From a bacterium (GTDB taxonomy: Bacteria > Patescibacteriota > Saccharimonadia > Saccharimonadales > UBA4665): DNA of 28,640 nucleotides. Each line of letters starts with the position of its first letter. Position 1 is the first letter of the stretch. The notes beneath the pieces are model-generated. The model had not been told where the DNA came from. It worked only from the letters and a program-made list of their open reading frames with translations, and ran no database searches. Below are positions 1-7,930 of the stretch, piece after piece. Where the stretch lies: contig JAKPIL010000066.1 in the NCBI GenBank assembly GCA_029549845.1, positions 1-28,640 on the forward strand. Reading direction: 5' to 3'. Both the position numbers and the translations under genes were made by a program.

Positions 1-93
1 TGGGCTACGCACGAGCGATTTGCTCGCAAGTTTTATGATGATAGCCTCGGCCGCCGTGACCAGCGACGCAACCCATGCTAAAGCGATTTCCAT
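1..93 (-). CDS. 5' part of a membrane protein running off the window start, probably DMT/EamA family
   Basis: ATG at 93 reads MEIALAWVASLVTAAEAIIIKLASKSLVRSP, open to position 1. It is a hydrophobic helix followed by KLASK, like EamA N-termini. TATACT (101-106, minus strand) lies 7 nt upstream of the ATG. Absent from the ORF track because it is truncated. Confidence 0.6.
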   Translation of the reverse strand, partial: MEIALAWVASLVTAAEAIIIKLASKSLVRSP

Positions 94-149
94 GATGGGT
101 AGTATACGAGGGGCAGGGGAAGAATGTAATAGTAATAACACAATAAATA

Positions 150-178
150 TTGACAAAACGTAAGCTTTTTGCTATACT
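150..178 (+). promoter_or_regulatory. sigma70-type promoter
   Basis: TTGACA (150-155), 17-nt spacer, TATACT (173-178). Confidence 0.75.
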
Positions 179-411
179 TGTATTAGTTTTGAGGGCGCAA
201 GCTCGGTCTGCAACAGACAAAGCAACGCTCCCGAAAAACAAAAACGATCACAACCAAAATGAGCCTGCTCCTGTACCCAAACGTACAACGCCGGTCGGTT
301 CAGGACACCCCAAAAAGGTCTTAAAACACACCGGCATACACAGCAGATGACCCATGTAGGTTGTATCACCAACACCTCAAAAACAAACAATAAAAAAGAA
401 AGGACGGCAGA

Positions 412-507
412 ATGCTATTTGCCATCAACAGCGGGTGGGCGTACGAGCTGGTACCATGCAGCGACGCCGCCATCCTAGCCATAGACGAAGAATTACAGCT
501 ACTGTAA
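412..507 (+). CDS. small protein, 31 aa (MLFAINSGWAYELVPCSDAAILAIDEELQLL)
   Basis: SD-like AAGAAAGGA ends 7 nt before ATG 412. TAA at 505-507. Lies between the consensus promoter (150-178) and an intrinsic terminator (518-559). Confidence 0.55.
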   Translation: MLFAINSGWAYELVPCSDAAILAIDEELQLL

Positions 508-517
508 TCAGTCCGTC

Positions 518-559
518 AAAAAAAACTACCCTCTGGTTACCGCTGGAGGGTAGTTTTTT
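518..559 (+). terminator. Rho-independent terminator, potentially bidirectional
   Basis: A-run, CTACCCTCTGG, loop TTACCG, CTGGAGGGTAG, TTTTTT. 11-bp stem with two G-U pairs. Confidence 0.8.
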
Positions 560-572
560 GCTTCGCTTCGCT

Positions 573-601
573 TTGGAAGGGCAGGGGGTTTGCGGTATAC
601 T
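573..601 (+). promoter_or_regulatory. promoter of the LCP gene
   Basis: TTGGAA (573-578), 17 nt, TATACT (596-601), 11 nt before ATG 613. Confidence 0.5.
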
Positions 602-612
602 AGCCGTAAGCA

Positions 613-2304
613 ATGTCAGAAAAGTATGATAGTTTTCAGCCCCGTCGGGCGACGAGTATAGATGGCTTCTTGAGTGGCTCTGGACAACGTCCGCGTCAAC
701 CTGGATTCCGTCAGCCGAAGCATGGGCCGACAGAGATGAACTCAGCGCCTACTCAGGGAAGGACGGTAGGCTTGCCAGATATGCCAAAACGTTCGCTCCC
801 CTCCCCTGTTTTAACGCAAGCACAAACTCAGCCAGAACGCGCTGAGTATCACCTAGATGGTTCTGCGCAGAAATACGTACCACTCGATGAACCTGGACTG
901 AGTCGCCGCCAACGTCGCAAGGCCGCCAGAGTCGCTAAAAAAGCAGAAAAGAAGGCCGCCAAACACCAGCGTAAGCCTCGTAGTCTAGCAAGACGGATCG
1001 CAAAATGGTTCGGCATACTACTGCTTATAGCGGTTCTTGGACTGGGCGCCCGTTTCTACAAGGATATCGCGAAACTTACGGGTAATAATAACCCACTGAG
1101 CATCTTGGGTGTTTTCCGTCCGGCCAACCTCGCGAACGACAATGGGCGTGTCAATATACTCGTCGCCGGAAACTCTGCCGATGATCTCGGCCATAATGGT
1201 GGCGAACTGACAGATTCTATTATGCTTCTAAGTGTAAATACCAAAAACAACACTGCTCTTATGCTGAGTATACCGCGCGACCTTTGGGTGAAAGTGCCTG
1301 GCACTGGTGGGCACGCCAAGATTAACGCCGTGTATCCAAATGGCGGGATGGAAGATTTGCAAACGGTTGTACAGGACGTGACGGGCTTGAACGTGCACTA
1401 CGCTGCGCTCGTCAACTACACTGCGTTCAAAGACCTTGTAAATGCAGTTGGGGGGATAACCATAAACATCCAAAACGAAGATCCGCGTGGTATTTACGAT
1501 TCTAGTCTCGACTGGTCGTCGCGGACGTGCTGTGCACTCGCGAAGTATCCGAACGGCCCTGCCAAGCTTGACGGTAAGCAAGCACTCAACTTAGCACGAG
1601 CCCGCGGTGAGGGCCGTGGGTCATACGGCTTCCCGACTGCCGACTACACCCGCACAGAACATCAGCGTCAAATGCTCCTTGCTATAAAAGACAAAGCTTC
1701 CAGCAAAGCAGTCATAGCGAACCCGCTCAAAATAAGTAACCTGGTGGATGCAATTGGCGGCAACGTGCGCACAGACTTGCAGCTGAACGAAATGCAGGCA
1801 CTGTACTACTACAGCAAAAAAATCGATAATGCCAAGATTGATTCGTACAACATAGATTCACTCAAAGGCGAAAACACCCACATGCTGGCTGGCGAGATGA
1901 TTGACGGTCAATCTGCGCAGGTGCCAGCGACGGGCATAGATGATTTTAGTGATATCCAAGCTCAAATAAAGAAGGTCTTTACGGCGGGGCCGCTTGTGAA
2001 GGAGAATGCGGGCATCGTCATCCTGAACGGCACAGATGCTCTGGGGCTTGCAAAGCTGCAAAAAGATAAGCTGTTCGACCAAGGTGCGAGCATCCTTGCC
2101 ACTAGTGACGCCACCGCCCAGGCTACGACAACCATCGTGGATAATTCGGAAGGGAAGAAGCCAAATACTCTGGCGTACCTCACAAAGACATACTCAGCAA
2201 AAGTTATTTCTGACCCTACGCTTGCCGCCAGCTACCCGTCTGCAGACTTTATACTCATCTTGGGTGCATCTGCCATGCCAAAAACAGGTTCTAGTGGCCA
2301 GTAA
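613..2304 (+). CDS. LCP (LytR-CpsA-Psr) family cell-wall glycopolymer ligase with C-terminal LytR_C domain
   Basis: Basic, disordered N-terminus and a single TM helix, then NILVAG, TDSIML, SIPRDLWV, AKINA, ALNLARAR and RTEHQRQML motifs. The C-terminal VILNGT..GLA...ILILG segment resembles LytR_C. Confidence 0.9.
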   Translation: MSEKYDSFQPRRATSIDGFLSGSGQRPRQPGFRQPKHGPTEMNSAPTQGRTVGLPDMPKRSLPSPVLTQAQTQPERAEYHLDGSAQKYVPLDEPGLSRRQRRKAARVAKKAEKKAAKHQRKPRSLARRIAKWFGILLLIAVLGLGARFYKDIAKLTGNNNPLSILGVFRPANLANDNGRVNILVAGNSADDLGHNGGELTDSIMLLSVNTKNNTALMLSIPRDLWVKVPGTGGHAKINAVYPNGGMEDLQTVVQDVTGLNVHYAALVNYTAFKDLVNAVGGITINIQNEDPRGIYDSSLDWSSRTCCALAKYPNGPAKLDGKQALNLARARGEGRGSYGFPTADYTRTEHQRQMLLAIKDKASSKAVIANPLKISNLVDAIGGNVRTDLQLNEMQALYYYSKKIDNAKIDSYNIDSLKGENTHMLAGEMIDGQSAQVPATGIDDFSDIQAQIKKVFTAGPLVKENAGIVILNGTDALGLAKLQKDKLFDQGASILATSDATAQATTTIVDNSEGKKPNTLAYLTKTYSAKVISDPTLAASYPSADFILILGASAMPKTGSSGQ

Positions 2305-2327
2305 GCCAAGTCGTGTACAATAGAACT

Positions 2328-2987
2328 ATGCATAGACACTTTCTTATCACCCGCGTGTTATTACTAACAGTTGCCTTTGGTGCCATGTTTGTTTTGGTTC
2401 AGCAGCAAGCAAGGCTGGCGGCAAACGACATGCCGCAGCTGCTCGCAAACCAGGCCGCCAAGCAGCTCGATACAGGATACGGCCTGCAGAGCATACAAAT
2501 GGGTGCAACAGATCTTGCAAACGACCCTGTGCCGTTTGTGATTGTGTATGACAAGAAAGGGAAGGCCGTAGCAGGCTCTGGCTATCTTGGCAAAAAACTG
2601 GCCATCATGCCCACTGGCGTGGTGAACCACGCCAAGCCAGGCGCACCGCATGCGGTCACCTGGGCACCGCGAGATGGTATCCGTATTGCCACGGTCACCG
2701 TTGCTGCCAAAGAATACTATGTTGTAGGCGGTCAGTCACTCAAAATGACAGAAGCGCACGCCAAGCGGTTGCTGCTGCTCACGGCGCTTGGCTACGGCGC
2801 AAGCCTGTTTGTAACGGTTGCTGTCCAGTTTTGTCGCTGCCGCAAATGCAACATGATGAGGCTACAGGGTCCCATGGGGACATGTGAGTGCCATGCGGTG
2901 CATCAGCCGGACCCAGCCGCTACGCCCGCGTCCGTGAAAAAACCAGCCAAGTCTACCAAGCCACGCAGCGCCAAAGCCGCAAAGTAG
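2328..2987 (+). CDS. hypothetical membrane protein: two TM helices around a small extracytoplasmic domain, with a Cys-rich and K/P/A-rich tail
   Basis: 219 aa from ATG 2328 (TACAAT 6 nt upstream). Hydrophobic segments near residues 5-22 and ~148-168. Middle region PFVIVYDKKGKAVAGSG...VTWAP..GIRIATV...YYVVGGQSL. Confidence 0.75.
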   Translation: MHRHFLITRVLLLTVAFGAMFVLVQQQARLAANDMPQLLANQAAKQLDTGYGLQSIQMGATDLANDPVPFVIVYDKKGKAVAGSGYLGKKLAIMPTGVVNHAKPGAPHAVTWAPRDGIRIATVTVAAKEYYVVGGQSLKMTEAHAKRLLLLTALGYGASLFVTVAVQFCRCRKCNMMRLQGPMGTCECHAVHQPDPAATPASVKKPAKSTKPRSAKAAK

Positions 2988-3004
2988 CGCTTTTACCCCA
3001 GATG

Positions 3005-3013
3005 TGGTATACT
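3005..3013 (+). promoter_or_regulatory. extended -10 promoter for the glycosyltransferase
   Basis: TG-G-TATACT. Confidence 0.5.
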
Positions 3014-3093
3014 AAAGGGTACTAGATTATCTTAAGATAAACACTCTTTAGCACCAGTTGTTTCTTGACCTATCCCTAGCGAAAGGAACAACT

Positions 3094-4089
3094 ATGATTT
3101 CATTTGTATGGCCACGTGGCGAGCCGATGCTGGCTGGCACCGGTGGTTCCGAAACGTACACGACGGGGCATGTGCGCGAACTTTTGCGCCGTGGCATCCC
3201 CGCACAGGTCGTGACGGTTGGGCATGGCGCGCGTGGTGGCCACAAAGATTTTATCGACATACCATTTGTATCGCTGCGGTCACAAGAAGAACTAACGAGC
3301 CTAGCTGGGCAAATTGTGTTTGTGAACGCTGCGTATCTGGTACCGACCAAGCAAAAAGCGGCGATTATACTGCACTGTGTTATACCCGATGTGTGTGAAA
3401 GGCCTGAATATCAGGCATTTATAGCGGGGAAAAGCGTCATAGCAACCAGCGTGTACAGCGCGCAGCAGTGGGCGCTGTACCTCGACATTCCGTATAGCCG
3501 CATCCACATTGTATTGCCATTTGCTGACCCAGTGTTTGGAAGTGTCGTGCGTTCGAAACCAGCCAAACAAACGCGCATATTGTACGCCGGCCGGCTGCAC
3601 CCAGAAAAAGGGATTTATACCTTACTGGAAATGTTGCATGAACACGTGATGCGGAGCAACGGGCACAGAGTGAGTATTGTGCTTGCGGGGCAGCACGTGG
3701 AGATGGGGCGGACGATTGCTCGCATGCTTGAAGGTTACCGTTATGCGCAGTTGTTGCCACCCCAAAAAACAGTGCCCGACATGGCAGAGCTACTCAGCCG
3801 CAATGATATTCTGGTGGTGCCATCGGTATACGCCGAGCCATTTGGCATGCTTTCTGTAGAGGCACAGCACGCCGGTTGCCGAGTGGTTGCGAGTAATTTG
3901 GGCGGTTTGCCCGAAACCAATTGTGGCCTTCTTACGCTAGTGGAGCCGCGTGACCCAAAGGCACTCCTGAAGGGTATTGAGCAGGCCGTGGCACTTGGTG
4001 CTGTCACCAAAAAACAGCGCACCATCGCCCGCACGAACTTCTCACTCGACGCCTCAGTCACCGCCCTACTAGCGGTGCTGCATATGTAA
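3094..4089 (+). CDS. glycosyltransferase family 4 (GT-B fold)
   Basis: GGSETY near the N-terminus, YAGRLHPEKG, and EPFGMLSVEAQHAG (EX7E). SD GAAAGGA precedes ATG 3094. Confidence 0.9.
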   Translation: MISFVWPRGEPMLAGTGGSETYTTGHVRELLRRGIPAQVVTVGHGARGGHKDFIDIPFVSLRSQEELTSLAGQIVFVNAAYLVPTKQKAAIILHCVIPDVCERPEYQAFIAGKSVIATSVYSAQQWALYLDIPYSRIHIVLPFADPVFGSVVRSKPAKQTRILYAGRLHPEKGIYTLLEMLHEHVMRSNGHRVSIVLAGQHVEMGRTIARMLEGYRYAQLLPPQKTVPDMAELLSRNDILVVPSVYAEPFGMLSVEAQHAGCRVVASNLGGLPETNCGLLTLVEPRDPKALLKGIEQAVALGAVTKKQRTIARTNFSLDASVTALLAVLHM

Positions 4090-5125
4090 GTTCGCGGGGT
4101 TGCTCGCCAGTAGCTACTATGCTGTCGACGGCGGCGGATAACATGGCCCTACGTTTACCAGTCTGGCCCTGGTCAATAATGTCACCAGGCCAGCAGGTAG
4201 CATACGTTTCGGCGCCAGGCCCTCGATTTGCTTCGAGGAAAAGGAAGCTACCAGTTGTGGTTTGCAAGAAGTCGAGGCCCACAACTAGCCCGGCTCTTTT
4301 GCCGATAATGCGGGCAACTTTGTCACCTGCTTTGAGCAGTTTATTGGGTACGGTAACTCTCCTAGGGTCTATTCCATGAGCCCCCAGGACTCTTGCAGCA
4401 GTTTCATCTTGGACAGACGGAGCTTCACCCATGAGTGGGATGACTTGACCGCCGAAAGTAACGTTCGAGCACACATTGCGAGAACCGAGATAACACGGTG
4501 AGTAGCGATTTGAAAGATCCGCAAGTGGGGATTCGTCGAATTGATCATCATAATCTAGAATGCGCATTTCATCGGGAGGCGCTGAATACAACAACCCGGC
4601 TGCTAATAGTTTGCCGATGGCCGAGTAGACTAACCGATAGGATGTGTACCTATCACTCGGCGTTTCAATAAATGGGCGAGCTTCCAGGAGGCTAGCGTTA
4701 CTTGCATTGCGTTCCATAAACCTTAAGAGTGTCGCTTTTTGCTCTGGGGTATCTATTACATATTTGTGCGTCCCGCCATTGTATCGTGGTGCTGCCAGGA
4801 CAGACGGGAGTGCCATTTGAGAAAAGCTACTTTGCGTCAACCCTCTTCTGCTCACATGGCTAAGCTTTTGCCGTCTTATCTCGGAAATTACATCTGCATC
4901 AAAGCCAAAATCTGCGCTTCCACCAAAGACATATACACCTGGCTGTCTGCTGGCCTCGAATGCATCTCGCGGATCGCACTCGCTCACAAAGACGTTCATG
5001 CCGCCAGCTGCTGCACGCTCAGCAACGTCTAGGTGCATTTTACGTGTCTCAAGATTCACAAACTGTTTTGGAGAAGAATATATCTGGTTGGGCTCAATGA
5101 GTAAGCATAGTTCTGAGGACGGCAT
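4058..5125 (-). CDS. ATP-grasp fold protein, RimK/GshB-like C-terminal half
   Basis: EARPFIETP..RYTSYRLV, SNVTFGG and VGLDFL....FLFLEANRGPG match the D...ExN metal/ATP motif pattern. Start chosen at ATG 5125, 6 nt after TATAAT (the ORF track starts at 5152). Confidence 0.7.
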   Translation of the reverse strand: MPSSELCLLIEPNQIYSSPKQFVNLETRKMHLDVAERAAAGGMNVFVSECDPRDAFEASRQPGVYVFGGSADFGFDADVISEIRRQKLSHVSRRGLTQSSFSQMALPSVLAAPRYNGGTHKYVIDTPEQKATLLRFMERNASNASLLEARPFIETPSDRYTSYRLVYSAIGKLLAAGLLYSAPPDEMRILDYDDQFDESPLADLSNRYSPCYLGSRNVCSNVTFGGQVIPLMGEAPSVQDETAARVLGAHGIDPRRVTVPNKLLKAGDKVARIIGKRAGLVVGLDFLQTTTGSFLFLEANRGPGAETYATCWPGDIIDQGQTGKRRAMLSAAVDSIVATGEQPRELTYAAPLVGR

Positions 5126-5197
5126 AAACATATTATACAACATCATGGACATACATTAACAATGATGTGAAAATTGATATATAAAACAAAGCTTTAT

Positions 5198-5215
5198 GTG
5201 TGAGCCATATCACAC
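5198..5215. promoter_or_regulatory. palindromic site GTGTGA-N6-TCACAC (CRP/FNR-family-like consensus)
   Basis: Exact TGTGA-N6-TCACA at 5199-5214 in the divergent ATP-grasp/SDR intergenic region. Confidence 0.4.
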
Positions 5216-5270
5216 TAGCTCTCACCGGCTTTATGAACATAACGTAAGCAGAACGGAGTACAATGGAATC

Positions 5271-6056
5271 ATGGAAACAACTTCTCTTACACAACTTATT
5301 AACCTAAGTGGAAAGACCGCGGTTGTCACCGGCGGTGCAATGGGGATTGGTGCGGCCATTGTACGCCGGCTGCACGAGGCTGGTGCGAACATCGTCATCG
5401 GCGATCTGGCGCAGGATAAGATGGACGCGCTGGCTGGGGAACTACATGCGTTACGTGCCGGTTCGGCTGCGACATGGCTGTGCGATGTGAGCAAAACCGA
5501 AGACATTGATGCGCTTATGAAGGTTGCGGGCGATACCTTTGGCGGACTTGATATACTTGTGAATAACGCGGGCATATACCCTATGGTTCCGCTCTCCACA
5601 ATGACCGAGGAACAGTTTGCGCGCGTGATTGATGTGAATCTGAAGGGCGTGTTCCTTGGCACAAAACGAGCCGCCGAAATTATGAAAGAGCAGGGGCGGG
5701 GCGGGAGTATCGTCACGGTGTGCTCAATAGATTCGCTCCATCCATCTGCGGTTGGTTTGGCTGCCTACGATGCATCAAAGCACGGTGTATGGGGCTTCTT
5801 AAAAAATGTGGCGCTGGAGCTCGCCGAAGATAACATTCGCGTGAATGGTATAGCCCCAGGCGGCGTGGCAACACCTGGCACTCATGCTGGGGAGATGAAC
5901 GAAGAGATGATACAGCAGTTTACGGCCATGATACCCATGAAACGGTTCGGCGACCCCGACGAAATGGGTCGTGTGGCGCTGTTTCTTGCGAGCGACCTCA
6001 GTAGCTACCTCACCGGCTCCCTCATCGTAGCTGACGGTGGTCGTTTGCTCCGTTAG
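5271..6056 (+). CDS. classical short-chain dehydrogenase/reductase (SDR)
   Basis: TGGAMGIG, NNAG, YDASK (YxxxK), RVNGIAPG and DGG near the C-terminus. TACAAT 6 nt before ATG 5271. Confidence 0.93.
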   Translation: METTSLTQLINLSGKTAVVTGGAMGIGAAIVRRLHEAGANIVIGDLAQDKMDALAGELHALRAGSAATWLCDVSKTEDIDALMKVAGDTFGGLDILVNNAGIYPMVPLSTMTEEQFARVIDVNLKGVFLGTKRAAEIMKEQGRGGSIVTVCSIDSLHPSAVGLAAYDASKHGVWGFLKNVALELAEDNIRVNGIAPGGVATPGTHAGEMNEEMIQQFTAMIPMKRFGDPDEMGRVALFLASDLSSYLTGSLIVADGGRLLR

Positions 6057-6104
6057 CTCTAGAAATGTGTTGCTCAATCTGTTACAATCTACCCTGTCAT
6101 TTAC

Positions 6105-6181
6105 GGCACCATAGCTCAGCTGGTTAGAGCGCAGGACTCATAAGCCTGAGGTCGGTGGTTCGAGCCCACCTGGTGCTACCA
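6105..6181 (+). tRNA. tRNA-Met (CAT), probably elongator; Ile2 not excluded
   Basis: Cloverleaf: acceptor GGCACCA/TGGTGCT, D arm GCTC/GAGC, anticodon loop CTCATAA, T arm GGTGG-TTCGAGC-CCACC, encoded CCA. Not an initiator (no C1:A72 mismatch, no GGG/CCC anticodon stem). Extended -10 TGTTACAAT at 6080-6088. Confidence 0.95.
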
Positions 6182-6186
6182 AAAGC

Positions 6187-6212
6187 ATCTCACCCCGTGG
6201 TGGGATTTTTTT
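6187..6212 (+). terminator. Rho-independent terminator after the tRNA
   Basis: ATCTCACC-CCGT-GGTGGGAT followed by a T-run. Confidence 0.75.
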
Positions 6213-6213
6213 G

Positions 6214-7065
6214 TCAAATTATTTTTGAAAGCAGGATAACCGTCAGGCCCACAGCCGCAAGTGTAGTTGCGACAATTTTCTCACGGGGATGGTCCCGTTC
6301 ATCCAACCAGAGCGCACCAAGTATCATGATTACCACAACACTTAAGCCTGAAATGTAACTCGTTACGCTGAGTAGCCCGACGCTGAAAGCAAGGATAAAC
6401 CCATAGGCAGAAATTGCTCGAAGCACCATAAAGATAATTGTTTCACGTTGTTTTAGGTATGAAAACGGAATACGTCCGCCTCGCGCGAATAGCATAGCCC
6501 ACATAACGGGTGTTGCAAGTAGTGACACTGCTAGCATGTCTTTGAAGAATCCTACCTGCAGTACAAGTTTCTTTTCAAAAATATTCAGTATGCTTATGGT
6601 GAGTGCAGCCATTAGCCCCCATGCTAGCCCGGTACGTGTGAGGTGTTTTGGGCCGCGCTGTCGTACGACAAAAACAGCAAGAAATATCAGTACGCCCCCG
6701 AGAAGTTGTAGTGGTACTATCTTTTCTCCCAAAAAAACGATGCCGAGAATCGTGACAAAGAACAGGCGAGTATTGTAAAGGATAGAATATGTTCCTGCCT
6801 CCAAGCGTGCCACTGCCATGACGTTTGTCCAGTGAAGTAATATGGTGAAAATAGCGATGAGTATCGCCAGAAACCACTGGTGTATATTAAATGAACCCAA
6901 ATCTGGCCGGATAACCAGAGCAGCCAATAAAATCGGCACCGCTATCGCTGTTTGCATTATGGTCGCCTGTGCCCATTTATCCGCTTTTGCAATCAAAGAT
7001 TTCCGCAGCAATAAACTGTAGCCAACGAGCCCAACCAAATGCATGAGCATATACACATACCACAT
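6214..7065 (-). CDS. DMT/EamA family transporter
   Basis: 283 aa with about 10 TM helices in two repeats. LGIVFLGEKI....LLGGVLIFL and ILGALWLDER motifs. Confidence 0.88.
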   Translation of the reverse strand: MWYVYMLMHLVGLVGYSLLLRKSLIAKADKWAQATIMQTAIAVPILLAALVIRPDLGSFNIHQWFLAILIAIFTILLHWTNVMAVARLEAGTYSILYNTRLFFVTILGIVFLGEKIVPLQLLGGVLIFLAVFVVRQRGPKHLTRTGLAWGLMAALTISILNIFEKKLVLQVGFFKDMLAVSLLATPVMWAMLFARGGRIPFSYLKQRETIIFMVLRAISAYGFILAFSVGLLSVTSYISGLSVVVIMILGALWLDERDHPREKIVATTLAAVGLTVILLSKII

Positions 7066-7098
7066 AACAAAGGAGTATATGCTAATTAATGCTTTATT

Positions 7099-7860
7099 CT
7101 AGTAATTTTTTAGGCCTAGGTGGGCGGCTGCGGCGAGGCCTATGACTATGACGGCTATACGTAGCCAGTACGAGGATACTCTTTTTGCGGCCCGCGCACC
7201 GAGGTATCCGCCTATAGTCGTACCGACTGCCATCACCAAGCCAATGTGCCAGTCTATAAGGCCAGTCGAATACAATACAGCAAGAGATATAAGTGAAACC
7301 AGTATGGCCGACACGTTCTTCATGGCGGCGAGCATGTGGACCTCGTGGACTTTGCCAAGGCCTAGGAAGGCAAGCATGATAAACCCGTAGCCCGCACCAA
7401 AGAATCCACCATAAAATGTGATGGGCAGCAGGGCTACGCCTATGAGCAAAATGGGCAACAGGTTCTTTTTGCGGCCGTGCAGGTGGCTGTGCAGATGAAG
7501 ATGAAGCGAAGGCTGGAACGCAAAGAGGGCTACACCAAAAAGAATGAGCACGGGGACCATTTCGGCAAAGTTATTGCTGGGCATGGCGCGTAAGGTAAGT
7601 GCTCCTGCTAAAGCCCCTAGGGCCACAAATGGCAAAATGAGCACGTACCGCCTGGGGACCTTCCGCAAATAGTTGCGGTAAGCAAATACCGCCGCAAGCT
7701 GCCCCGGTGGTGTAATAATGTTTGCCGTTACATTGGCTACCAGCGGCGGTACACCAAGGCTGAGCAGCACAGGGAAGCCTATGAGCATGCCGCCGCCCGC
7801 AATGGCATTCATGGCACCAACAATCATGCCCACAAATAATATGATGATATCTTTTTCCAT
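7099..7860 (-). CDS. TSUP family (sulfite exporter TauE/SafE) membrane protein
   Basis: GAMNAIAGGGMLIGFP, ANVTA and GFYGGFFGAGYG-type motifs, about 8 TM helices. Confidence 0.9.
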   Translation of the reverse strand: MEKDIIILFVGMIVGAMNAIAGGGMLIGFPVLLSLGVPPLVANVTANIITPPGQLAAVFAYRNYLRKVPRRYVLILPFVALGALAGALTLRAMPSNNFAEMVPVLILFGVALFAFQPSLHLHLHSHLHGRKKNLLPILLIGVALLPITFYGGFFGAGYGFIMLAFLGLGKVHEVHMLAAMKNVSAILVSLISLAVLYSTGLIDWHIGLVMAVGTTIGGYLGARAAKRVSSYWLRIAVIVIGLAAAAHLGLKNY

Positions 7861-7930
7861 AGAGGTTTGTTTTCGCTTCTGCTTACCAGTGTAGCACCAA
7901 ACGTGCAAATCTTACATAATTGAACACGAG

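Noticed and set aside
259-324. 21-aa uORF MSLLLYPNVQRRSVQDTPKRS in the leader
   Set aside because: No SD and no telltale codon run. It overlaps the predicted helices but nothing supports translation.
150-350. 66-aa ORF from the track (TTG start)
   Set aside because: Its start codon is the -35 hexamer of the promoter, so it lies upstream of the predicted transcription start. Low-complexity product.
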